From positions 240,001 to 272,000 of the forward strand of contig JAUWGH010000005.1 of the NCBI GenBank assembly GCA_030606485.1: 32,000 nucleotides of DNA, in the 5' to 3' direction. The DNA comes from Promethearchaeota archaeon. Its GTDB lineage: Archaea > Asgardarchaeota > Lokiarchaeia > Sigyniarchaeales > SOKP01. The position numbers and the translations under genes were made by a program. The notes below the pieces were generated by a model. The model was not told the origin of the DNA and made no database searches. It worked only from the letters and a program-made list of their open reading frames with translations. Positions 15,390 through 25,172 of the stretch are shown here, in pieces. Position 1 is the first letter of the stretch; the number at the start of each line of letters is the position of its first letter.

Positions 15390-16259
15390 ATGGCAGAGTT
15401 TAAAATGTTTGAAGGTTGTATGATTGGTAATAGGATTCCTTTTATAGAAGCTTCTTGTAGAAAAGTTTTCGATAAATTAGGTATAGCAACTTCTCAGGCT
15501 CCATTCTCGTGTTGTCCTGATCCAACCGGTTTTGCTAATTTTGATAACGATGGATGGTTAGCAGTAGGTGCTCGTAATTTAGCATTAGCCGAATCTGAAG
15601 GAAAAGATATTATCTCTCTTTGTAATGGCTGTTCAAATACATTAAAACTAGTTAATCATACATTAAAACATGACAGTTTTAAGAAAGACAAAATTAACGC
15701 AGAATTGGCTAAAATCGGGAAGGAATATAAAGGAACTATTGATGTAAAGCACTTTGTTAGTGTGCTTAAAGGTGAATTAGAAAAGATAAAAAGTTCCACA
15801 GTGAAACCATTATCAGGTTTAAAAGTTGCGTGCCATCCTGGCTGTCACTATATGCGTCCTTCTGAGGTTATGGAAACTGACGATCCTATGCATCCAATAG
15901 ATCTAAAAGAGATTGTTACTGCATGCGGAGCAACAGTAGTTGATTATGGAGAAGAAGTATTATGTTGTGGTTCATCAGTTTCAAATGCGTATGAGGATCA
16001 TGGCATGGCAATCTTGAAGAAGAAGATGGATGCTGTGAAAAAAGCAGGTGCTGATTGCTTGGTTGTTAATTGTCCTGCGTGTTTTCAACAATTTGATGGA
16101 AAACAGAGAGATTTATCAAAGAAATTCGAGGAGGAATTCAAAATTCCAATATTGTACATTTCTGAATTAATCGCTCTTGGAATGGGAATTCCTGCCGATG
16201 AGTTGGGAACTAAGTTTCATAGAACTAGAGTAAGTGATATTTTAGAAAAGATTGGTTAA
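15390..16259 (+). CDS. hdrB: Heterodisulfide reductase subunit B (CCG domains)
   Basis: GC, SCCP, LCNGC, HPGCH, LCCG and NCPAC motifs: both non-cubane cluster ligand sets are present. Confidence 0.93.
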   Translation: MAEFKMFEGCMIGNRIPFIEASCRKVFDKLGIATSQAPFSCCPDPTGFANFDNDGWLAVGARNLALAESEGKDIISLCNGCSNTLKLVNHTLKHDSFKKDKINAELAKIGKEYKGTIDVKHFVSVLKGELEKIKSSTVKPLSGLKVACHPGCHYMRPSEVMETDDPMHPIDLKEIVTACGATVVDYGEEVLCCGSSVSNAYEDHGMAILKKKMDAVKKAGADCLVVNCPACFQQFDGKQRDLSKKFEEEFKIPILYISELIALGMGIPADELGTKFHRTRVSDILEKIG

Positions 16260-16286
16260 AATTATCTAAATAATAATTAATCTAAC

Positions 16287-16305
16287 TTTTTTTATTTTTC
16301 TTTTT
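16287..16305 (+). terminator. Oligo-T terminator candidate for the vhu-hdr operon
   Basis: T7-A-T5-C-T5 run ~28 nt after the hdrB stop, in a convergent intergenic region. Confidence 0.5.
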
Positions 16306-16326
16306 AAACATAGAAATTGTATTAAA

Positions 16327-17820
16327 TTACTTTGGAAATCTATTGTGATTTTGAAGGAATTCCCTATAAGTATTCAGATAATTTAACACTTTCCCTGCTA
16401 ATTCTATAGATTCATAAACAGGAATAGCCCGATTTAAAAGGCTTAATTTAAATTTATATCTACTTTTATATTCTTTAAAACCTTCATTTATTTTTAACAT
16501 AACACAGATAATGGGTTTTTTACAAACTTTTCTTACTTTTCTCATATACTTTAAGAATACTTTATTTAAATCGATTTTATCAAGCTTACCATGTTCTTCC
16601 ATAACTTGTTCTTCAAAACCTCCAAACCGCTCAGGATCCTTTACAAAAATAATTGCTGAAATATTTGGATCTTTTTCGAGTGAAACTATGGTCCGATAGT
16701 AAATATTTGGCATTATTCCCATTGCTCCAAGGTCTATTGGATTTGTCAGATTAGTATTTACATCTGGAAGAAATCTTTCTAATTTTGCAGTAGTTTTTTG
16801 AGTTAATTGAGGAATTTTAAGATTAAATTTTTCTAATATATCAACCAATTCAATACAAGAACCACCACCTATTCCTATTACACCAAGATTACGAGTTTTT
16901 GGTAAATTTAATAATTTAAATCCGGATGCCAATGCTGCAAGTTCTTTTGAACTACTTACTAAACTACAACCAGTTTGTTTTGCAACTGCTTCAAATATTT
17001 TAATATTTCCCGCTAAACCACCGGTGTGAGACATGATTGCTTTTTGTGTTGCTTCACCATAACCAACTTTCCATAATATCACAGGCTTCCTGTTTAAATT
17101 TAAATTTTTAACACTATTTAAGAATCTACGACCAATCTTTTGAGATTTAAGATTTTCAAGATACAATCCAATAATTGCTGTTTTAGGATCAGTTAAAAAA
17201 TAATCTAAAAAATCTGGATAAGTTAAATCTATTGCATTCCCCAATGAAATTAATTTTGATATGAAGCAACCATAAGAAACAGCTAGATTACTAACATTTA
17301 CTGAAAGACCACCTGATTGAAAAATTGCTGAGAAATTTCCCGCCTTTTTTGATTGAACAGCATTAATATAGAGGTTGCTGCTTGGATTATATACTCCCAA
17401 ACAATTTGGTCCCAAGATTCTTATTTTGTATTTTTTTGCTATATCCAATACATTTTTCTCAAGATCTGAAAAGCCAATCTCTGAAAAACCCGACGAAAAT
17501 ATTGTAACAAATGGAACTCCTTTTCTTCCAATTTCCTCTAGTAATTTGGGACATAATCTGGCTGGAACTGCAAGGATTACGTAATCAATAGGTTCTGATT
17601 CAGGAATTTCCAAAATTGAGCCATATACTTTTATACCAAATAATTTTTGCCCTTTTAATCGAGGATTAAATAAATAAATAGGACCTCGAAATTTATTTTT
17701 TAAGATCCTTACAAAATAACCTCCACCTGCTGGGTTTTGTGAAGCTCCTATAATTCCAACAGCTCTTGGGAAAAATAATTTCTCAAAATCTATTTTCTCT
17801 GAGAAAGACGTATTATTCAT
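16327..17820 (-). CDS. ADP-forming acetate/acyl-CoA synthetase alpha subunit (CoA-binding plus ligase domains)
   Basis: VGIIGASQNP, SSGFSE, LGPNCLG, SLGNAIDL, phospho-His motif SHTG, NPIDL; no ATP-grasp domain. Confidence 0.88.
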   Translation of the reverse strand: MNNTSFSEKIDFEKLFFPRAVGIIGASQNPAGGGYFVRILKNKFRGPIYLFNPRLKGQKLFGIKVYGSILEIPESEPIDYVILAVPARLCPKLLEEIGRKGVPFVTIFSSGFSEIGFSDLEKNVLDIAKKYKIRILGPNCLGVYNPSSNLYINAVQSKKAGNFSAIFQSGGLSVNVSNLAVSYGCFISKLISLGNAIDLTYPDFLDYFLTDPKTAIIGLYLENLKSQKIGRRFLNSVKNLNLNRKPVILWKVGYGEATQKAIMSHTGGLAGNIKIFEAVAKQTGCSLVSSSKELAALASGFKLLNLPKTRNLGVIGIGGGSCIELVDILEKFNLKIPQLTQKTTAKLERFLPDVNTNLTNPIDLGAMGIMPNIYYRTIVSLEKDPNISAIIFVKDPERFGGFEEQVMEEHGKLDKIDLNKVFLKYMRKVRKVCKKPIICVMLKINEGFKEYKSRYKFKLSLLNRAIPVYESIELAGKVLNYLNTYREFLQNHNRFPK

Positions 17821-17903
17821 ATAATATATCTGTAAACAGATGATTAAAATTTTTTGGAGAAAAAAAGATATATTTTGGATTAATTTCTAATTGTTATTGC
17901 ATT

Positions 17904-18743
17904 TTAATCTTTTGCATCTTTTAGAATATTGAAAAAATTAGTTCTAAATAGGGAATAATAATATTTTTGCTCGAAAAAATTGCACATTCGCTCTTTGCCT
18001 TTTATATTTTCAAAAAAATTAACCTCTTTTGGATAAATTATATCCCATAAAACTAGACCGTTAGGAGAATAAGGTTTGTAAGAAAATGATTTTATTGGAT
18101 CGAATAGAGTCTTAAACTCATCAAATGTTATTTTTTTAGTTCCTAGTTCAACTAATTTTCTAATTATCTTTCGTATTTGTTGCCTTAAAAAACTCTGGCT
18201 ATAAAAATCCAAAATTAGAAAATCATTTATAATTGATAATTTAATATACTCCAGATCTCTGACTGTATTTTTATCTTTATCTTTTTTAGCAAAATTAACA
18301 AAATCATGACTACCTTTTAATAGATTGCATCCCTGTTTAATCAAATCGATTTCGAATTCTGATTTTTTTATGAGATAGGATATTGGATACTCAAAAATAT
18401 ATTTATAATGCCGACAAATTGCATTCCGCCTTGGCTTATAATCTATTGGAACTCTTGCAACTGCCCATACCCCTATATCATTCGGGAGAGCACTATTTAA
18501 TTCCTCAGGATAAAAACTTTTCTGAGTTATAAAAGAAAACACAGATCCTCTTGCAGAAACAAAACGATCTGTTCGACTTGCTGCTTCAAAACCAGATTTG
18601 CTTTCATTTTCAATATAGGATTTATCAATAAGTTTCTTTATTAAAATACCTTCAATGGTATTTTCTTCCTTTTGACGTTGAGATCCAAGATAATGATCAG
18701 CCAAATAATACATCTTAATAAAATATCGTTGTGCTGATTTCAT
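17904..18743 (-). CDS. truA: tRNA pseudouridine(38-40) synthase TruA
   Basis: GSQRQ..TIEG, catalytic SRTD, GSHDFVNF, SFLRQQIRKI. Confidence 0.9.
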   Translation of the reverse strand: MKSAQRYFIKMYYLADHYLGSQRQKEENTIEGILIKKLIDKSYIENESKSGFEAASRTDRFVSARGSVFSFITQKSFYPEELNSALPNDIGVWAVARVPIDYKPRRNAICRHYKYIFEYPISYLIKKSEFEIDLIKQGCNLLKGSHDFVNFAKKDKDKNTVRDLEYIKLSIINDFLILDFYSQSFLRQQIRKIIRKLVELGTKKITFDEFKTLFDPIKSFSYKPYSPNGLVLWDIIYPKEVNFFENIKGKERMCNFFEQKYYYSLFRTNFFNILKDAKD

Positions 18744-18772
18744 CGAACTCTGATTTACTAGTTAAACTATTT

Positions 18773-18925
18773 CTAATCTAAAATAATAGTTATTTTTTTA
18801 ACCACATCTGGCATCTCTCGTAGGTTATTAATTATTGCTAAATTAACATCTTTGATGATTTTTGTAACAAAAGGATTCATAGGTATCTCTTTCTCATTAA
18901 TTAATAGTTTTATTTCATCACTCAT
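18773..18925 (-). CDS. 50-aa small protein (resembles the stand-alone MobB C-terminal-like domain)
   Basis: Not in the ORF track. MSDEIKLLINEKEIPMNPFVTKIIKDVNLAIINNLREMPDVVKKITIILD*; the LxVNxKxIPxNPFV pattern is recalled from MobB C-termini. Lies 29 nt upstream of truA on the same strand. Confidence 0.7.
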   Translation of the reverse strand: MSDEIKLLINEKEIPMNPFVTKIIKDVNLAIINNLREMPDVVKKITIILD

Positions 18926-19121
18926 AGTTTATATAAAGTAATATTTGATTTTAAGTTTGATATCAAAATTCTTGAAAAGGTTTTTTAGTAATATAAATTT
19001 CATATTTATATTATATATAGATGTATTAGAACTTGATATGGAATATATCTAAGTCGATTATTGATAATAAAGATTTATTGAAATATAATATATACAAAAA
19101 TTTTAGAGATAGTAAAGTTCT

Positions 19122-22100
19122 ATGAAATTAAAATTGAAATCAAGATTTCTAGATTTTCGTGATAAGATAAGAACAAAGATCAGAGTAAAGAAAGAGAACT
19201 TTGTATTTATTATCTGTATAATTTTAATTGTCTTTATTGCATTTCTTATTAGAATCAGCCCAGTGTTTGTTGGGCCCCCCTTGATTAAAGCGTTTGATCC
19301 TTGGATACAATATTATTCGGCAGAATATCTAAGTCAAAATGGGATTTATGAATATTTTCATTGGCGCGATTATAAGTCTTGGTATCCTGGGGGAATTGAA
19401 CGTTTTAGACTGAGACCCGGACTACAATTAACAGTCTGTGTTATTTATTGGGTCTTAAATGGACTGGGAATTCCTATTCAATTATATGATGTTTGCTATT
19501 ATTTTCCTGCATTTGCTGGAGCTTTAACAGTTTTTGTTATGTACTTTTTAGGTAAGGAAATTTTAGATAAACGAACTGGTCTTCTTGCTGCATTTTTCTT
19601 AGCATTCAATCCTGGACATATGCAACGAACAGTAGTTGGATTTTTTGATAATGAAACAATTGGCATTCTTGGAACATTATTAGTTCTTTTGTTTTTTGTT
19701 AAAGCAGTAAAAACAGGAAAAATCCATCATGCAATCCTTGCTGGATTATCACTAGGTTATTTATCACTAAGTTGGGGTGGTTATGTTTATACGTTATTAA
19801 TAATTCCTTTATTAACAGGGATATTAATTTTAGTTGATAAATATTCACCAAGATTATTAATTGCTTATGCGGGAACTGAAGGGGTTGGAATCCTTGTTTA
19901 TTCCTTATATATTAATTTTTCCCCCCAAAATTTTTTTAACGATTTTGAATTTTTAGCAGTTTTTCTCTTTTCAGTAGTATTAATTATATTTCATATTTTT
20001 TATCGACAAAAAACAATAAACCCAAAATTTTATGATGGTATATTAACTTTCATGCGATGGGCAATAATTCCTATTATTTTAATTGGAGCAATAGTTCTAT
20101 GGTTATTTCCTAATTTAATCCCATTTGGATTTGATGCACGATTTACAAGCGTATTTTCTCCTATGTTAAGGCAAGATTTACAGTTAGTTGCTTCGGTTGC
20201 TGAGCATATGCCAAGCCCGTGGAGTGTATTTTATTATAATACATTAATTCCGAGTTTATTAGTACCCGTAGGAATATATTTCTGTCTTAAAAGAGGAAAT
20301 GAAGAGGATTTTTTAATTATAATCTATGTTCTCACTCTTTTCTATTTTACAGGCAGCATGATTAGAATTATTTTATTATTTGCTCCTGCAGTAGCTTTAA
20401 TTGGCTCTTACGGGTTATCGAGTATTTTAAAATTGTTTGGAAGTTTTATTGGTAAAGAAAAAAGTATGATAACTAGACGTAGGAAAAGACAAATAAAAAC
20501 GACTATTGGAAGTTGGGAATCCTTTGGAGTATATGCCATAGTCGGTTTTTTAATGTTTGCTCAAGTTTCTCACGCAGCAGATATTTCGATTAGTTCATTA
20601 GCTTACTCACAAATTACTCCAGGGGGTAATCTTCATGATTGGGAAGAAAGTATGACTTGGATTAGGACTAATTTACCTCCCGGGACTGTAGTAGTAAGCT
20701 GGTGGGATTATGGATATTGGATAACTCCAATTGGTAATGCTACTACTGTTAATGATAATGCAACAATAAACCAAACACGAATAGGTGCCACAGGTATGGC
20801 ATTTATGCAAACAGATGAACTAGAGAGTGCTAAAATTCTACGTCACTTGAAAGCTGATTATGTTCTCGTATATTTTGGTATGCTATATACAGGCCTTGGC
20901 GGCGATGAGGGAAAATGGCCTTGGATGGTTAGAATCTGTAATGATAATTATCAGTCGTATAAAAATTTTGGCTGGGAAGCTTATAATTGGAAAGAAAATA
21001 GTGTATTTGATGAATCAGAATATCAAAATTCAACTACGGGTAAATATAAAGAAAAGTGGCTTCAGAGTCAATTAGTTAGATTAATGTTTGCTGGATTACC
21101 AACTAGGCTAGAAGAAGCAGATACAAATAAATTAGAATTTAATTACGCGGAGCAAATTGCTGGTAATCCAAGTCGGGGTATTTCCCCACGTGAACTCGAC
21201 GATGGTAGATTATGGTCTGAACTTATTCCTTACCACGGTTATTATGACTTCAAAGTGTTTAAACCAATATACTTTTCTGCACAGGGATTAGTAAAATTAT
21301 TTCGAGTTGATTATACTGCATTAGATTCCTCAATAGAAATTAACAATCCGAAAGTTTATGATAATGGCTTTGCCAATTTTAAATTAGTAAATACAGGAAT
21401 TAAAGAGGTAACCTTAGAGAATGTATTCATTAAAGGAGATTCTTATGATTTTACTATTGAAGATAATAACAGTCAAATTGAACCAGGAGAGGAAAAACTC
21501 GTTTGGATAGATGCCCAAAATGCAGGTTTTGAATTAAACGATATTGTTGAAATATCAGTTAGCATTGAGGCTGAAGCTCTAGAAAATCAAAAGTATACCT
21601 TTGAAAATAGTTCTACTAATATTTTAGTTGAACCAACTCCTACATATGGAATTAAAATCAATAGAGAAAACAGTATTGCTTTAATTAATGAAGATAATTC
21701 TAATGCTAGCTTTTATTTAGAAGTAGAAAATACAGGCGAAGGAATTCTTAATATAAATTCAACATCCATAAACGGAATTGAATTCAACAAAACCAATTAT
21801 CAGCTAAATAATTCATTATTAAAATCAGGATCTAAAATAACAATTTATCTTCCTGAATCTCCAGTCAATAAAACTACATTAGGAGATTCAATGGACAACT
21901 TAAGTGATACGATAAGAGTAGGTACATCTGAAGGAATATTCGATGAAACAATTTTTTCTTATAATAAAAAAGATTACAAAATTTCAATAATCTCTGAAGA
22001 CCGGGTACTATCTGATGAAACAGAAATCTTATTTAGTAAAAATCGAACTCAAATTCCTATAGATTTAAATAGCGCTTGTGCCTATGATAATGGAACAATT

Positions 22101-23003
22101 TTTATTAAAGTAAAAAACACTGGAACTAAAGTAATAGGATTAGACTCTGTATATATAGATGGAGTATCTAAAGACTTTATATCAGTTGACGATGATAATC
22201 TTCTCTCCATAGATGAGATCAAAGATCTAATAATTGATTACCCGGATATTGAGAATAATGAAGAAATTGAAATAATTATCGCAACATCTGGTTTGGATGG
22301 ATATATCGTAGCTACAGACGTTGGTTATTTATATCCAATTAGTGATTCTGCAAATTTGGCATTTGTATCAAAGTCTGATCTTAACATTACCCATGTATGG
22401 GCTAATGAAACAATTGAGATTGCAATTAAGAATACAGGAAATGCAACGATAAAACTAGATGATGTGATAATAAATGGGACGGAAATCATATCTATTGATA
22501 ATATAATTTTTAATTATAACGATAAGACATTGGATCTCCAAGAGATTGCAATATTCTCTTTCAGCTCGACTCAATTTAAAATAAATCAATCAAATGTAGT
22601 AGAAATAAATATAACTACTGAATCTGGAATCTCAGTAAAACAATCTTTTATAGCCGAGGTTAACCCAACATGGAATCCGGACAAATACAATATTGACATT
22701 TTAAATACATCCTCAGCAGATTATAGTGAAGTTCTATTAACACTCAATCTTAAAAATATAGGTGAAGACAATCTAATAATTGATGCAGTGTATGTAAATA
22801 ACACATACATCTCGTGGAGTACTATAACAATTGTAGATAATGTAGATCTAACTATTGAAACAGACGAGGAAATAACACTAACAATTACATTAACAGATCT
22901 TGTATCATTAATTGGACCTATTAATCCTAATGATACTCTTGAGATATTAGTTAGAACTGAAGAAGGAACCGAGGATACTCGCGTAATTACAGTTGTGGCT
23001 TAA
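19122..23003 (+). CDS. aglB: Oligosaccharyltransferase AglB/STT3 with a ~560-aa C-terminal extension of Ig-like repeats
   Basis: FDPW, about 13 TM segments, GFFDNE, SVAEH, WWDYG (20700-20714) and DNAT; the tail carries five NTG/NIG..I.LD.V.I[ND]G-type repeats. Confidence 0.93.
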   Translation: MKLKLKSRFLDFRDKIRTKIRVKKENFVFIICIILIVFIAFLIRISPVFVGPPLIKAFDPWIQYYSAEYLSQNGIYEYFHWRDYKSWYPGGIERFRLRPGLQLTVCVIYWVLNGLGIPIQLYDVCYYFPAFAGALTVFVMYFLGKEILDKRTGLLAAFFLAFNPGHMQRTVVGFFDNETIGILGTLLVLLFFVKAVKTGKIHHAILAGLSLGYLSLSWGGYVYTLLIIPLLTGILILVDKYSPRLLIAYAGTEGVGILVYSLYINFSPQNFFNDFEFLAVFLFSVVLIIFHIFYRQKTINPKFYDGILTFMRWAIIPIILIGAIVLWLFPNLIPFGFDARFTSVFSPMLRQDLQLVASVAEHMPSPWSVFYYNTLIPSLLVPVGIYFCLKRGNEEDFLIIIYVLTLFYFTGSMIRIILLFAPAVALIGSYGLSSILKLFGSFIGKEKSMITRRRKRQIKTTIGSWESFGVYAIVGFLMFAQVSHAADISISSLAYSQITPGGNLHDWEESMTWIRTNLPPGTVVVSWWDYGYWITPIGNATTVNDNATINQTRIGATGMAFMQTDELESAKILRHLKADYVLVYFGMLYTGLGGDEGKWPWMVRICNDNYQSYKNFGWEAYNWKENSVFDESEYQNSTTGKYKEKWLQSQLVRLMFAGLPTRLEEADTNKLEFNYAEQIAGNPSRGISPRELDDGRLWSELIPYHGYYDFKVFKPIYFSAQGLVKLFRVDYTALDSSIEINNPKVYDNGFANFKLVNTGIKEVTLENVFIKGDSYDFTIEDNNSQIEPGEEKLVWIDAQNAGFELNDIVEISVSIEAEALENQKYTFENSSTNILVEPTPTYGIKINRENSIALINEDNSNASFYLEVENTGEGILNINSTSINGIEFNKTNYQLNNSLLKSGSKITIYLPESPVNKTTLGDSMDNLSDTIRVGTSEGIFDETIFSYNKKDYKISIISEDRVLSDETEILFSKNRTQIPIDLNSACAYDNGTIFIKVKNTGTKVIGLDSVYIDGVSKDFISVDDDNLLSIDEIKDLIIDYPDIENNEEIEIIIATSGLDGYIVATDVGYLYPISDSANLAFVSKSDLNITHVWANETIEIAIKNTGNATIKLDDVIINGTEIISIDNIIFNYNDKTLDLQEIAIFSFSSTQFKINQSNVVEINITTESGISVKQSFIAEVNPTWNPDKYNIDILNTSSADYSEVLLTLNLKNIGEDNLIIDAVYVNNTYISWSTITIVDNVDLTIETDEEITLTITLTDLVSLIGPINPNDTLEILVRTEEGTEDTRVITVVA

Positions 23004-23169
23004 TAGCTTCAAAACTCTTATTTTTATAATTACCATTTATTCCTTTATATTTTAAACAGTAAAAATCTTAAGAAATTAAGAATTATTAATTTTTACGATA
23101 AATCACTGCTTATTAATTATTAATAATGTTTTTTTCATAAATAGAAGTAGCAATATGTGAGTTTATATC

Positions 23170-25158
23170 TTGAAATTTGAATTAAAAAGTGAATATTCAC
23201 CCACTGGAGACCAGCCCACTGCAATTAATGCCTTAGTTGAGGGAATTAAAAGAGGAAATCATTTTCAAACCCTTTTAGGTGCTACGGGTACTGGCAAGAG
23301 TTTCACAGTAGCTAACGTTATACAAGAAATTCAATTACCAACACTTGTAATGGCACCGAATAAAACATTGGCCGCACAATTATACAATGAGTTAAAAGAG
23401 TTATTCCCTAATAATGCAGTACGTTATTTCGTGTCATATTATGATTATTACCAGCCTGAGGCTTTCGTTCCAGTTAGTGGGTTATATATAGAAAAGGATT
23501 TTAGCGTTAATGAAGAAATCAAAAGACATCGATTGGCGACAGCTCATGCACTTAGAACAAGGATGGATGTAATAGTTGTTGCCACGGTTTCTTGTATTTA
23601 TGGAATGGGCCGACCGGAGGACTGGGAAGATGCTTCCATCGTTCTGGAAGTGGGAGAAGAAATTAAAAGGAGAAATATTCTCAGAAAGCTCATTGAAATG
23701 GGATATGAACGCAAAGATATGGAATTTAAAAGAGCTACTGTTAGAGCCAAGGGTGATATTATTGACATATATCCAGCTTATTTAGAAACGGCTCTAAGAA
23801 TATCTCTATTCGGTGATGAGATTGAATCAATTGAAGAAATTCACCCTGTCTCTGTCAACACAATAAATAAATTAACTAATTGTAGAATATTTCCAGCGAG
23901 TGAATTTGTAATTCCGGAGGAAAATAAAATCACCGCAATTGATAAAATTGAAAAAGAGATGCAAGAAAGGGTTACATATTTTAAAAAAGAAAAAAAATAT
24001 GCGGAGGCACAAAGAATTGAATCTCGGACAAAATTTGACCTTGAAATGTTAAGAGAAATGGGATTTTGTAAAGCAATTGAAAATTATTCAAGATATTTGG
24101 ATAATAGGGAACCTGGGATCCCTCCAAGGACGATTATTGATTATTTCCCTAAAAAATTTTTGATGATTGTAGATGAATCACACATAACCGTTCCTCAGCT
24201 ACATGGAATGTTTAGAGGCGACCTATCCCGGAAGAGAAACCTAATTGATTATGGCTTTAGACTCCCAAGTGCTTATGACAATAGACCTTTGAAATTTGAC
24301 GAATGGGAACATAAGATCAATAAAGTTATTTTTATGAGTGCTACTCCAATGGATTATGAAATAGAGAAATCAAATGGTAAAGTAGCTGAACAAATCATAA
24401 GACCTACGGGTCTTGTGGACCCCCGCGTTGAAGTAAGATCAACTAAAAACCAGATTGATGATCTTTTAGGAGAAATTAGAGAAGTAATTAAAAATAATGA
24501 ACGTGTTTTAGTTACTACTCTAACGAAAAGAATGTCAGAAGATATTGCAGATTATTATAATGAATTAGGTCTTAAAATAACTTACCTGCATTCAGAGATA
24601 GACACCGTAGAAAGGTTTGAAATACTCCGTAACTTAAGAGAGGGTGTTTTTGATGTTATAGTTGGTATTAATTTATTAAGAGAGGGGTTAGATTTACCAG
24701 AAGTATCTCTCGTTGCAATTCTTGATGCAGATAAGGAAGGATTTCTTAGAAACACTCGTTCATTGATTCAAACAATTGGAAGAGCCTCTAGAAATATAAA
24801 TGGAAGGGCTATTTTATACGCTGATAAAATAACACGATCAATAAAAGCTGCTATAGACGAGACTAATCGTCGAAGGAAAAAACAGATTGATTTCAATAAA
24901 AAAAATAATATTACTCCCAAAACCATTCACAAGAAAATTTTGGACTCTCTGGCTGAAGTACAAGAACTGAAAGAAAAAGAATCTAAAAAATTAAGATTTA
25001 AAATTGAAGAAAGAATTGAAGCATCTATAAATACAAAGGATTTATCAAGATATCTTGAAAGTGAGATGTATCGTGCAGCTCAGGATTTAAGGTTTGAAGA
25101 TGCAGCATACTTAAGAGATCAAATCAAAGACTTAAAACTTAATAAGAATATCAAATAA
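23170..25158 (+). CDS. uvrB: Excinuclease ABC subunit B
   Basis: PTGDQP, GATGTGKS, SYYDYYQPEA, DESH, GFRLPSA, GINLLREGLDLPEV, C-terminal FEDAAYLRD. Confidence 0.97.
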   Translation: MKFELKSEYSPTGDQPTAINALVEGIKRGNHFQTLLGATGTGKSFTVANVIQEIQLPTLVMAPNKTLAAQLYNELKELFPNNAVRYFVSYYDYYQPEAFVPVSGLYIEKDFSVNEEIKRHRLATAHALRTRMDVIVVATVSCIYGMGRPEDWEDASIVLEVGEEIKRRNILRKLIEMGYERKDMEFKRATVRAKGDIIDIYPAYLETALRISLFGDEIESIEEIHPVSVNTINKLTNCRIFPASEFVIPEENKITAIDKIEKEMQERVTYFKKEKKYAEAQRIESRTKFDLEMLREMGFCKAIENYSRYLDNREPGIPPRTIIDYFPKKFLMIVDESHITVPQLHGMFRGDLSRKRNLIDYGFRLPSAYDNRPLKFDEWEHKINKVIFMSATPMDYEIEKSNGKVAEQIIRPTGLVDPRVEVRSTKNQIDDLLGEIREVIKNNERVLVTTLTKRMSEDIADYYNELGLKITYLHSEIDTVERFEILRNLREGVFDVIVGINLLREGLDLPEVSLVAILDADKEGFLRNTRSLIQTIGRASRNINGRAILYADKITRSIKAAIDETNRRRKKQIDFNKKNNITPKTIHKKILDSLAEVQELKEKESKKLRFKIEERIEASINTKDLSRYLESEMYRAAQDLRFEDAAYLRDQIKDLKLNKNIK

Positions 25159-25172
25159 ATTAGGTGATGTAA

